A stretch of 59,744 nucleotides of DNA from an uncultured Sphingobacteriia bacterium (GTDB taxonomy: Bacteria > Bacteroidota > Bacteroidia > Chitinophagales > Chitinophagaceae). Location of the stretch: assembly GCA_945957225.1 (NCBI GenBank), contig CAMFKK010000001.1, positions 1 through 59,744 of the forward strand, in the 5' to 3' direction. Below are positions 48,348-57,460 of the stretch, piece after piece; within the stretch, counting starts at the first letter, position 1; each line of letters starts with the position of its first letter. The notes under the pieces are model-generated. The model was not told the DNA's origin. It worked only from the letters and a program-made list of their open reading frames with translations, and did no database searches. The translations under genes and the position numbers were made by a program.

Positions 48348-50852
48348 ATGAAAAATTTTTTACTCAGCACAGCTGCTGTTATTTTAATGTCTTTATGTGT
48401 CCACTCGGCTCTTGCCCAGTACCAAGCCATAGGCACATTTAACAGCTTTGGCAAACCTAATTACCTATTGAATCCTTCAGATGTGATTAGCGTTTCAAGT
48501 AAAAACGATATTTTGGCATCTCTACCTGAACGCCGCAACATACCCATTTACAATCCCAGGTTAATAGCAGCAGGAAGACCTGAAACCATTGCTTTAACAG
48601 CCACATCAGATGTATGGATCAGTTTTGTGGATGAGGGTGCTGGTTATCAGAATATTCTGGGTTATTATACTTTTCCTACCAATGCTCCCTTGGGTGTTGC
48701 TCCAATACCTACACAGGTCCGTATTATTTTCCCCAATGCAAGTAAGAAAGATTTTGGTGGAGAATTGAATGCAGGTGATAAAGTGTATTTAGGAAATTTT
48801 CAAGCCAATACTAGTATTGGATTTGTTTTACTTGCCCATGGTTGGGATGAACAAGCTATGGCCATTACAGAAGGTAAATGGCGCATATATTCTGATAGTC
48901 GTTTTAATCCGGAAGATGATACCAATTTGCGTAAGCATACGGTGATGTTAAACGATACCACATATAAACGTTTTTTGATAGGAATTGAAGATATTAGAAG
49001 GGATGGCTATGATAGCGATGAAGACTTTAATGACCTATTGTTTTTTGCAACCATTAGTAATCCAACTGCTATTAAAAATTTAGATAGTATTCCTATTCTT
49101 ACAAAAGATGGATCGATAGCTTTTTCTGGAAACACGGGAGGATTAGAAAGTAAAAGCTTGGGCGATGCCGTAGCTAAGAGAATGTTTAACCATGCAGTAA
49201 CCAGTACACAGGGTCCATTGGATTATGACAAATTACCCAAACTGCAGCAAACCAGTATCAGAAATGCAGCAATGGGTGTAACTGCCAATAGCAGTCTTTC
49301 TTTGAGCGATATTATGCCTACCAAAATGTTGGATAGTGGCTATACCGCTTATGTGACTACCGCTGCTGATATTACCAGTATTACCAATGCAGTAGAAGTG
49401 CGTTCGGTTGACTTTACTATTAATAAAGAGTGCAGGGCAGTTGCATTTGCTACCAAGACAATTGCAGTGATGTATGACCATACCAAACCCGTTTGTGACC
49501 GTTTAAAAGGCGCCGAGTTAATGGGTATGGATAATTTTCAAATTGGCAATTTGAATTTTGTTAGATATACCTTAAAACAAGCAAAGGGAAATATTGAATA
49601 CGCAATTAGTTTCACAATAGGTAAGAAAAAAGGTAGAGAAAGTTTCTCTTTCCAATCTCAATGGTTGAACCAAAATTACCAGGCAGAAGACACACTTTAT
49701 AATTATCAGGTATGGGGTGCTGCGCCTTATTATTGTATTGACATGACGCTAGAAATTCTTGCTAGGTTAAAAGGAATCATGCCAGTAAATACCCTAAAAG
49801 CATCAGAAGCTTTGCCCAAAACATATATTGTTTCTGGTAAAAGAGAAGGAGCCAATTTGCAACTAGCATTAAATAATAGCAATGGAGCTGGGTCTGGTTA
49901 TGTGCAGATAGAAGAAAAAGCCAATGAGAATAGCACTGTGACTACCAAAAGAAATGTACCAGTTACTTTGAGTGCTAATGGGAAATCTCTATTGAATATT
50001 CCTGTGAGTGATGCTTATGAAACTACATTGAGTTTGTATCTCAACAACCAATTACAAGACGTGGTATTTATGGCTGATGGTAGTTGGAATGTAGATTATA
50101 ACAAATCTAGCACTGTGCTCAAACAGTTTAGCGTGACAAATGATGCAGCTGCGTCAACCGTAAAAACAAATGAAGTTCCATTGTTTAGAAATGTACAGAT
50201 GGCAGCTACCACCAGCGATTTTGTTTCTGTATATAAATTATTAAAAGGTGGTGGAGCTGAATTGGATCTTTCAGGTTACAAAACCTTGAATTTTAAGGCT
50301 GCAGCCACAGGCGCTAACCTACGCATCACTTTGGTGAAAAGCAGTATCAGCAAATGGAATGAACAATACACTTATTACTTGCCCATGACAGAAGCTGGTA
50401 AAGAATATAGCATTAGATTGGATGATTTTAAATCTAGTGTTAATCAATCCATGTTCTATGCCAATGACCTTACTACAGCTGTATTTGCTTTTGAAGTAGG
50501 AACAGGAAAGTCAACTAATATAACTGTTGATTTGAGTAAAGTAGTATTTAGCAAGGATCCAACAGTCATTGCAGCGGCTACTATTGAAACCAAGGACGTA
50601 CAATTGTATCCTAATCCTTCAAAAGGTAGGTTCAATGCCAGCTTTAAAACAGATAAAGCCATGTCAGTTACCATTAAAATGTTTGACGCTGCATCAGGAA
50701 GACCCGTGTATAGCAAACAGGTTCAAACAGTAAAAGGAGATAATATAGTTCCGGTTGAAATCAACCAGACAATTAATACCAATGCATATATCCTAAGTGT
50801 TGAAGGGGAAGGGGTTAAATACCTTCCTAAGAAAATGCTTGTGCAGCAATAG
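48348..50852 (+). CDS. T9SS type-A cargo protein with a DUF4114-like domain
   Basis: Signal peptide; FVDEGAGYQN.LGYY, IGIEDIRR..SDEDFND; C-terminal LYPNPS.G.F ... YILSV..KK sorting domain. Confidence 0.85.
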   Translation: MKNFLLSTAAVILMSLCVHSALAQYQAIGTFNSFGKPNYLLNPSDVISVSSKNDILASLPERRNIPIYNPRLIAAGRPETIALTATSDVWISFVDEGAGYQNILGYYTFPTNAPLGVAPIPTQVRIIFPNASKKDFGGELNAGDKVYLGNFQANTSIGFVLLAHGWDEQAMAITEGKWRIYSDSRFNPEDDTNLRKHTVMLNDTTYKRFLIGIEDIRRDGYDSDEDFNDLLFFATISNPTAIKNLDSIPILTKDGSIAFSGNTGGLESKSLGDAVAKRMFNHAVTSTQGPLDYDKLPKLQQTSIRNAAMGVTANSSLSLSDIMPTKMLDSGYTAYVTTAADITSITNAVEVRSVDFTINKECRAVAFATKTIAVMYDHTKPVCDRLKGAELMGMDNFQIGNLNFVRYTLKQAKGNIEYAISFTIGKKKGRESFSFQSQWLNQNYQAEDTLYNYQVWGAAPYYCIDMTLEILARLKGIMPVNTLKASEALPKTYIVSGKREGANLQLALNNSNGAGSGYVQIEEKANENSTVTTKRNVPVTLSANGKSLLNIPVSDAYETTLSLYLNNQLQDVVFMADGSWNVDYNKSSTVLKQFSVTNDAAASTVKTNEVPLFRNVQMAATTSDFVSVYKLLKGGGAELDLSGYKTLNFKAAATGANLRITLVKSSISKWNEQYTYYLPMTEAGKEYSIRLDDFKSSVNQSMFYANDLTTAVFAFEVGTGKSTNITVDLSKVVFSKDPTVIAAATIETKDVQLYPNPSKGRFNASFKTDKAMSVTIKMFDAASGRPVYSKQVQTVKGDNIVPVEINQTINTNAYILSVEGEGVKYLPKKMLVQQ

Positions 50853-50854
50853 AA

Positions 50855-50964
50855 TTTTTTTGGTTAAGGGTTGAGTAGTGGGGCGGGATCCCTGCTACTC
50901 TTTTAACCAATACCTTTTTTTGGTTAAGGGTTGAGTAGTGGGACGGGATTCCTGCTACTCTTTT
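50855..50964. repeat. Tandem duplicated 50-bp hairpin/terminator cassette (60-bp period)
   Basis: 50855-50904 vs 50915-50964 differ at two positions; stem GAGTAGTGGGR-loop-YCCTGCTACTC followed by a T-run. Confidence 0.92.
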
Positions 50965-50966
50965 TT

Positions 50967-51965
50967 TTAGCGTCTTTTATAGCGCAGGATGATTTTGGCA
51001 TACATTTTTAATGCCTGTTTTAAAGAGGTCTTATTCAAGTGCAATCTTAATGCCCCATTTGCCTGAATCAAAGCTACCCTTTGTTGGTGGTAGTCATGAT
51101 AAATTTTGTGTGCAAAATTGGCATAGTAAACGGAAAAATTTCTTCTTGCAAGATTGCTTACTTGCTTCCTTTTCTCTAATGGAAAATGCTTCACGTTAAG
51201 CCTAATCACTTTTTCAATATCACGAATATTTTGACCAGAGCGCATGCTATGATAAGAAACATTAAAGGGGTGTACCCTATATCTGGCCAAAACTTCTGGT
51301 AAATAAGCAACAGGATAATTGGCAGCAATCCTAACCCACATTTCCCAATCCTCCCCATAGTGTACGGCATAGAATCCACCCAAGGCTTCATAAGTAGATC
51401 TTCTAACCACCACCGCTGGAACCTGTAATAATTGATTTCTACCAATTCTATCTAACCAATTTGCTAAAATGCCTCTTTGATTTCCAATAGGACGATTGTC
51501 CCAGATTTTATTGCTATCTGCGTCTACATATTGGTATTCCGTAATGGCCGCACCTGCTTCTGGAAAGTCATCCATTAATTGACCTAGTTTTTTATAAAAG
51601 CCATTCACCACATAATCATCTCCGTGTAATAAATGAATCAAATGTCCTTTTGAACGGTTAATGGCCGTTTCAAAATTGCGCAAGCTTCCCTTATTTTCTG
51701 TCTGTCTAAAATATCCAATTCTTCCTTTTCCAATCCTATTTACCAATGCCTTAACGTCTCCATCTGTACTAGCATCATCTACCACTTCAATTTGCATCTG
51801 TTCTTCACCAAGGTCCTGTTCTAAAACGGAAAGCAAGTTTTGTTCCAAACAATTATAACAATTATACACAGGAATCATCACAGACCATTTTGGTCTATGC
51901 GTCTGAGCAGGAAGGGCTGCAATAACAGGAGGCGAGGAAGGTGTCCTTTGAATGGTATTATCCAA
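50967..51965 (-). CDS. GT2 glycosyltransferase
   Basis: WSVMIPVYN, VVDDASTD, LLHGDD, YGEDWEMW. TTG 51965 is preferred over ATG 52040, which overlaps the upstream gene by 71 bp. Confidence 0.9.
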   Translation of the reverse strand: MDNTIQRTPSSPPVIAALPAQTHRPKWSVMIPVYNCYNCLEQNLLSVLEQDLGEEQMQIEVVDDASTDGDVKALVNRIGKGRIGYFRQTENKGSLRNFETAINRSKGHLIHLLHGDDYVVNGFYKKLGQLMDDFPEAGAAITEYQYVDADSNKIWDNRPIGNQRGILANWLDRIGRNQLLQVPAVVVRRSTYEALGGFYAVHYGEDWEMWVRIAANYPVAYLPEVLARYRVHPFNVSYHSMRSGQNIRDIEKVIRLNVKHFPLEKRKQVSNLARRNFSVYYANFAHKIYHDYHQQRVALIQANGALRLHLNKTSLKQALKMYAKIILRYKRR

Positions 51966-51969
51966 ACTA

Positions 51970-53973
51970 TTAGGGGTTATTTTGATAATGGATTTTCCAA
52001 TTTGACAGTCCTGATTCCAATGATGCTTTTTCAGTTTCATTGCGGATCTGACTTAGTTGTTCTTCAAGCACTAAAATAGCAGCTTTTAACATTCTTTCCT
52101 GATTGGCAGACATGTTTTTTTTATGAATCCGGTAAACGGCAATAAATTCTCTATGTGAAAATACGGGTAAATGCCTGGCAATCTGCAGGTTTAGTTCATA
52201 GTCTTCACAGGCTTCTAATTGGGTATTGAATTTAAAATGGAAAAAGAGTTCCCGTCTATACATCACTGTGGCTTCCATGGCAATATAATTGCCTTCTAAA
52301 AGGGATGAATAATTGTTTTCAAATTTAAAGGGGGCTTCTGGATGAGGTATAAAATTTCCGCCATCGTCAATGCGTAAATGGGCTCCTGAAACAAAGGCGG
52401 AAAAAGGCTTGGCCGCAAATTGCTGTAGATTCTGTTCAATTGCTTCAGGAAGTAAATAATCATCTGCGTCTAAAAAGACCAAGAACTGCCCATTGGCTGC
52501 TACAGTTCCAATATTTCTGGCCCAGGACAGACCTACTTGGTTGGTTAAGTAAGATTTTACCATCGGATATCGCGCCAGCAATTCCTGCGTATGGTCTGTA
52601 GAACCATCATCAATGACTATTATCTCTATGGCTTTATGGGTCTGTTCTAAAACGGAGTTGATGGCTTGTTCCAAATAATGTCCATAATTATAGGTTGGAA
52701 TAATTACAGAAACCAATGAATTTTCAGCAATAACTACGGGATCATATAAACTTGCAGGCAGCTGCCATTCCGTTATTCTTTGCTGGTTTTTTACCTGTTG
52801 ATAATATTTCCAACCCGCAATACAACCCCGGATTTCTGTAAGGATACTACCAAAATTTTCTTTGGAACCATGTTTGATTCGCTCTTTAATACGTGCCCAA
52901 TAGTATTCAGGTAGGTACTGATACAATCTTTTCAAATTGCCTTCATGCCCCCATTGCTCATGCTGAATTAAAAGGCTGCATGTATTACCCCGCATATAAT
53001 GATAGAGCTGATTGCTCAGCGCTTTCTTGTCTTTTCTATGCGCATGATAGGCTACAGCCATGGGTTGGTATACACAGTTCCAACCACTTGCCAATATCCG
53101 GTACCAAATTTCTGAATCCCCACTACAGCCTGCAGCACCTACGTCTAATCGCTCGTCAAAATAGCCAACCAATTCAAAAGCCGCTTTTCTAAATGCCATA
53201 TTGGCCCCTGCACCAATATCCCAAACGGGTACACCATAAGGTAGCATTACATTAAAATAGGCTTTGTCAAAGCATTTTTTTTGATAGCCCCTATTAAAAC
53301 CCCAATAGCGTTCAAATACATACTGTGTGCGGGTTTCCAATGATTGTGGTATTACCAAACCTGTTACTGCCAAGGTCCTTGGATCATCAAAAGCATGCCT
53401 AATATGATCCACCCAATCATTGGCTACTTGAACATCGTCATCGGTAAAAGCAATAATATTTTTAGACGCAGTTTTGGCTCCTGTGTTTCTGGCAATGTCA
53501 AGACCCTTTCTTGGTTCTAAGACATATTTTACAGCTGGATATTCTTTGATAAGTAAAGCGGTACTTTGATTGTCAGGGGCATTGTCTACCACAATAATCT
53601 CATCAGTTGCAAGAACGGATAATAGTAAATGGTCAAGGCATTTTTTTAAATCTTCTTTTCTATTCCTTGTACAGATGATTATTGATACACTTTGATGCTC
53701 AGTTGCCTGCATTAGGGGAGCCAAACATTGAATAGCTGTTATTAATTGCTCCCAGTTTGAAATTTCGGTATTTGACCAACCCTGTGCTTTTGAACAAGCT
53801 TCTAATACTTGGGACTGAAAGGAGGCCTGTGAGCTATTTTTATCTAACCAAACATGGGCAATTGGCCGTTGATGCCACCAGAAATAATAAAGACATGGCG
53901 CTGAAAATTGGGGCCATTGGTCTAACTGATTCAGCCAAATATGTCTTATTTGATATGGGGTATATTGGCTCAT
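51970..53973 (-). CDS. Tandem double-GT2 glycosyltransferase
   Basis: Domain 1: SIIICTRNR, VVDN, FTDDD. Domain 2: SVIIPTYN, IDDGSTD, FLDADD, CEDY. Confidence 0.92.
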   Translation of the reverse strand: MSQYTPYQIRHIWLNQLDQWPQFSAPCLYYFWWHQRPIAHVWLDKNSSQASFQSQVLEACSKAQGWSNTEISNWEQLITAIQCLAPLMQATEHQSVSIIICTRNRKEDLKKCLDHLLLSVLATDEIIVVDNAPDNQSTALLIKEYPAVKYVLEPRKGLDIARNTGAKTASKNIIAFTDDDVQVANDWVDHIRHAFDDPRTLAVTGLVIPQSLETRTQYVFERYWGFNRGYQKKCFDKAYFNVMLPYGVPVWDIGAGANMAFRKAAFELVGYFDERLDVGAAGCSGDSEIWYRILASGWNCVYQPMAVAYHAHRKDKKALSNQLYHYMRGNTCSLLIQHEQWGHEGNLKRLYQYLPEYYWARIKERIKHGSKENFGSILTEIRGCIAGWKYYQQVKNQQRITEWQLPASLYDPVVIAENSLVSVIIPTYNYGHYLEQAINSVLEQTHKAIEIIVIDDGSTDHTQELLARYPMVKSYLTNQVGLSWARNIGTVAANGQFLVFLDADDYLLPEAIEQNLQQFAAKPFSAFVSGAHLRIDDGGNFIPHPEAPFKFENNYSSLLEGNYIAMEATVMYRRELFFHFKFNTQLEACEDYELNLQIARHLPVFSHREFIAVYRIHKKNMSANQERMLKAAILVLEEQLSQIRNETEKASLESGLSNWKIHYQNNP

Positions 53974-55244
53974 GATGCCTCAAAACTAACTTGGGATAAT
54001 TCCACAGGAAAATCTGGTCTTACAGCGCCTTCCCATTTGCCATATGGTCTTTTTGCATTGCGATAGTCTACTACGTCAAAAGCTACACTGGCTGAAAATT
54101 CATACATGGTATCCTGCTCCCTATTTAAGAAATGCATGGACACATAATAAAAGCCATTGTTTAAAAAAGTTCCCGGAATTCGGCACCTGCCGTCTATCAA
54201 TCCCTTTTCCACTTTCAATACTTCTGAACACAATTCAAAAATGCATTCACCAGTCAATTGATAAAATCCAATTAATATTTGTGTGTTCTCGGGATATTGC
54301 CCCAAGAACCAGAAACTAAATTCAAAATCCAGCGGTGTTCTGGTATCTATATAGGATATCTGTTTATTGAATTGGGGATTAATGGTTACTTGCTTAATAC
54401 GAATCCATTCGTTGCCTGGAGCGGATGCTGGGTTGGGATAATATTGAGAAAGTGTCTCTACTTTTTCTCTTGATAAGTATTTGTTGATTACAGTATCTGC
54501 TGCGCCCTCTTCAATTAATTTACCTTTTTCTAACCAAATGGCCTTATTGCATAGGTTGCGCAAAGCCTGCATATGATGACTTACAAAAAGTACAGTTTTT
54601 CCTGCTTCTGTAGTCAGAGATTTCATTTTTTTCAAACACTTGCGTTGAAAGTCAACATCGCCCACGGCCAATACCTCATCTACAATTAAAATATCAGTTT
54701 GTAAATGCGCCGCAACTGAAAAAGCCAAACGCACATACATACCACTAGAATATCTTTTTACAGGAGTATCAATAAAACGTTCAATGCCAGAGAAATCTAC
54801 TATTTCGTCAAACTTATTCAGCACTTCTTTTTTCTGCATCCCCAAGATCTGTCCATTTAATAATACATTCTCTCTGCCGCTTAATTCAGGATGAAAGCCG
54901 GTTCCTACTTCTAATAAGCTAGCAATTCTTCCCTTTCCGTGAATAGTTCCACTGGTTGGCAAACTTATCCTACTAATGATTTTTAATAGGGTGGATTTTC
55001 CGGAACCATTATTACCCACTATCCCAAAACTATCCCCTTCATGAATTTTAAAATCAAGATTACGCAAAGCCCAGATATAATCTCTATTGGATTCGTCATA
55101 GGCTTCTGGGTCTGGTGCTTGTTTTTTGTGCAAGACCTGTTTGTTCCACCAGCTTTGCAAATCTTTTTTAAGTGCACCACTACCCATTACACCCAATTGG
55201 TATTGCTTTGAAATTTGATCAATATGTAAAACGGGTTTGCTCAT
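53970..55244 (-). CDS. wzt: Polysaccharide ABC exporter ATP-binding subunit with Wzt-C domain
   Basis: GNNGSGKST, LLEVGTGFHPELSGREN, PVKRYSSGMYVRLAF, IVDEVLAVGD; long C-terminal extension. Confidence 0.93.
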   Translation of the reverse strand: MSKPVLHIDQISKQYQLGVMGSGALKKDLQSWWNKQVLHKKQAPDPEAYDESNRDYIWALRNLDFKIHEGDSFGIVGNNGSGKSTLLKIISRISLPTSGTIHGKGRIASLLEVGTGFHPELSGRENVLLNGQILGMQKKEVLNKFDEIVDFSGIERFIDTPVKRYSSGMYVRLAFSVAAHLQTDILIVDEVLAVGDVDFQRKCLKKMKSLTTEAGKTVLFVSHHMQALRNLCNKAIWLEKGKLIEEGAADTVINKYLSREKVETLSQYYPNPASAPGNEWIRIKQVTINPQFNKQISYIDTRTPLDFEFSFWFLGQYPENTQILIGFYQLTGECIFELCSEVLKVEKGLIDGRCRIPGTFLNNGFYYVSMHFLNREQDTMYEFSASVAFDVVDYRNAKRPYGKWEGAVRPDFPVELSQVSFEAS

Positions 55245-55245
55245 C

Positions 55246-56088
55246 TTAAATGGTATCCATTACTTTAATTTCTCGGAATTTAAATAGGGTTAGCCCTATA
55301 AAAAAAATCAAAAGAGAACTTGCCATACCCGTAAAAATATAGATACTGTCTACACTACCACCGTGTAGAAAACCAAGACGGAATGTTTCTATTACAGGGG
55401 TTAAAGGGTTGCACCAAAACAAGACTTTGTATTTTTCAGGAACAATAGATGCTGGATAAACTACAGGAGTAACAAACATGAACAAACGCAGCATAAAATT
55501 CATCAGTTGTTCTAAGTCGCGATATTTGGCCATAAATACAGCCACTATCATTCCCATTCCTAAGCCAAGTAAAGCCGTAAAAAACAACATGATGGGCATG
55601 AGCCAAATATATTGCGAGGGGTGTACTGCATCATCAAAAATCCAATAGTTTACATAAATAGTCAGAAAGAGTATAAACTGAATACCAGCTCTAACAGAAT
55701 GTGTAATGACCATACTGAGTGGCACAATCAGTCTTGGAAAATAAACCTTGTTGAAAATATGCGCATTGTGTAAAAAAGAGTACATGGTACTGGTAAAGCA
55801 ATCAGAAAAATAGCCCCAGAGTAGGGCCCCAGACATATAAAACAAAATGGGTGGCGCACCGTCAGTAGAAACTTTTACTATCTTGCTAAAGACCAAAAAA
55901 TAAAAAAGGGTAGTGAGCAAGGGTTGTATGACCAACCAAAAAACACCCATAACGGTTTGTTGGTAGCCAGCTGTTAGTTCTTTTCTTACAAAGGATTGTA
56001 GCAAACCGCGGCAACGCCATAGCTCCACCAAACCATATTGGAACCATTTTTTTTCTGCCTGCAATTCCCATTCCCATTCATTAGCCAT
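55246..56088 (-). CDS. wzm: Polysaccharide ABC exporter permease
   Basis: YQQTVMGVFWLVIQPL, KVYFPRL, YRDL, TPVVYP, NPL...IE.FR. Confidence 0.93.
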   Translation of the reverse strand: MANEWEWELQAEKKWFQYGLVELWRCRGLLQSFVRKELTAGYQQTVMGVFWLVIQPLLTTLFYFLVFSKIVKVSTDGAPPILFYMSGALLWGYFSDCFTSTMYSFLHNAHIFNKVYFPRLIVPLSMVITHSVRAGIQFILFLTIYVNYWIFDDAVHPSQYIWLMPIMLFFTALLGLGMGMIVAVFMAKYRDLEQLMNFMLRLFMFVTPVVYPASIVPEKYKVLFWCNPLTPVIETFRLGFLHGGSVDSIYIFTGMASSLLIFFIGLTLFKFREIKVMDTI

Positions 56089-56134
56089 GTAGGAGCTTTG
56101 TTTTACAAATTAATGCATTATTATTTAGTCTTAT

Positions 56135-57460
56135 TCAGGACTTCCAAAATATGCGATACTTAGTAGCCAATGCTGCCAAGAGGGCTGTTGGTATCACTAT
56201 AAATAATCCATGCAAAATGGCTTGGAAAGCGGTTGCTGTTAACCCATCATAGTATTCGCCCAAACCAATTAAATCAATAATTGGAAGAATAAAAATCCCC
56301 GGTAGGGCATAAGCTAATAAAGGGTTCTGGCCAATAGGAGCTAATATCCTTTTAAGTATACTAAATTGTTCAAAAGCAAATAATAAAAAGAAAGCCATAC
56401 CCCCTGTTACAAAAAAATAACTCAAAGTAGCGTCGTCTTTTTTGATACCTCCTTCAAAAGCTTCAAAAAATAATCCGCAAATCAATAAATAACAAGCAGC
56501 CAATATAATGCGTTGGTCCAATTTGTTTTCTTTGTTGAAAAGGTATTGCCAGCCAATTATCAGGGCCATTGCAGCAAGACTGATAAAAAGATTCAACATT
56601 AACCAACGATTGTACAAAGCAATAATATTCCAAGCTACTAATCCGCAACAAAGCCATGCCAAGCTTAATTTTGAAAAAGACTTTTCTGACCCCTTATTCC
56701 ATTCGGTTTTATGCATTAGCCATTCTCCCGCGTAGATTCCGGGGATAATTAGGAAAAGGTATTTTAGAAAATTGAATTCTATGAGCCAGTCTGCAAAATA
56801 AGGTTCATATATATATTGGTTCCAACTCTCATCTAAGAACCTTCCAGTAATCAAACCAAATAATGGCACTAATACTAATAAACGATAGACATGGTGCAAT
56901 CTGGTATAATGATAAATGATAGCACCAATTAAGGCCATATTGGCTAGCACCAAAATTATCACGTCTGATCTATGTAATTCAAAATGCCCATTATTATCAA
57001 AGGGGGCAAAGAGCATTAAAAGAAAAGCTAGCCCCAATCCTATCCACTGGTACATGATTTTTTTGGTACCCATGATTAGGAACAAACTCAGAAAACCAGT
57101 TAAGGCAATCAAGTAAGTTAGTGCTGAGTCTAGTTGCGAAAAATTTGTGTATTTACTATGTTCAAAGAAGATGGCAAAAAAGACCAATAAGGCAAATCGT
57201 TTCAACTGCTTTTTCCAGTCCATTCCTTTTTGCATAGACATAGGAATGGCAGCTCCCATAGCAAAAAGAAAGAGTGGAAACACTAAGTCTACCCAAGTAA
57301 TACCTGGTAGATTTTCTACCCACTCGTGTTTGGGTGGCGGCGATTGCGCGTGATACATAAATGCAGGAAGCACACCGCCATAAGCAATGGACCCACTAAA
57401 TACCATGGTCACAATAGCATATCCTCTAATAGCGTCTAAGGCTTTATTCCTGCTATCCAT
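56135..57460 (-). CDS. DUF5009 / HGSNAT-like membrane acyltransferase-family protein
   Basis: R..ALDAIRG, MYHAQ.PPP, GITWVDLVFPLFLFAMG, FEGGIKKD, GQNPLLAY; many transmembrane helices. Confidence 0.85.
   Translation of the reverse strand: MDSRNKALDAIRGYAIVTMVFSGSIAYGGVLPAFMYHAQSPPPKHEWVENLPGITWVDLVFPLFLFAMGAAIPMSMQKGMDWKKQLKRFALLVFFAIFFEHSKYTNFSQLDSALTYLIALTGFLSLFLIMGTKKIMYQWIGLGLAFLLMLFAPFDNNGHFELHRSDVIILVLANMALIGAIIYHYTRLHHVYRLLVLVPLFGLITGRFLDESWNQYIYEPYFADWLIEFNFLKYLFLIIPGIYAGEWLMHKTEWNKGSEKSFSKLSLAWLCCGLVAWNIIALYNRWLMLNLFISLAAMALIIGWQYLFNKENKLDQRIILAACYLLICGLFFEAFEGGIKKDDATLSYFFVTGGMAFFLLFAFEQFSILKRILAPIGQNPLLAYALPGIFILPIIDLIGLGEYYDGLTATAFQAILHGLFIVIPTALLAALATKYRIFWKS

Noticed and set aside
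50855-50964. Possible mini-CRISPR or attachment-site duplication
   Set aside because: Only two copies with a 10-bp linker, a terminator-like fold, and no cas or integrase gene.
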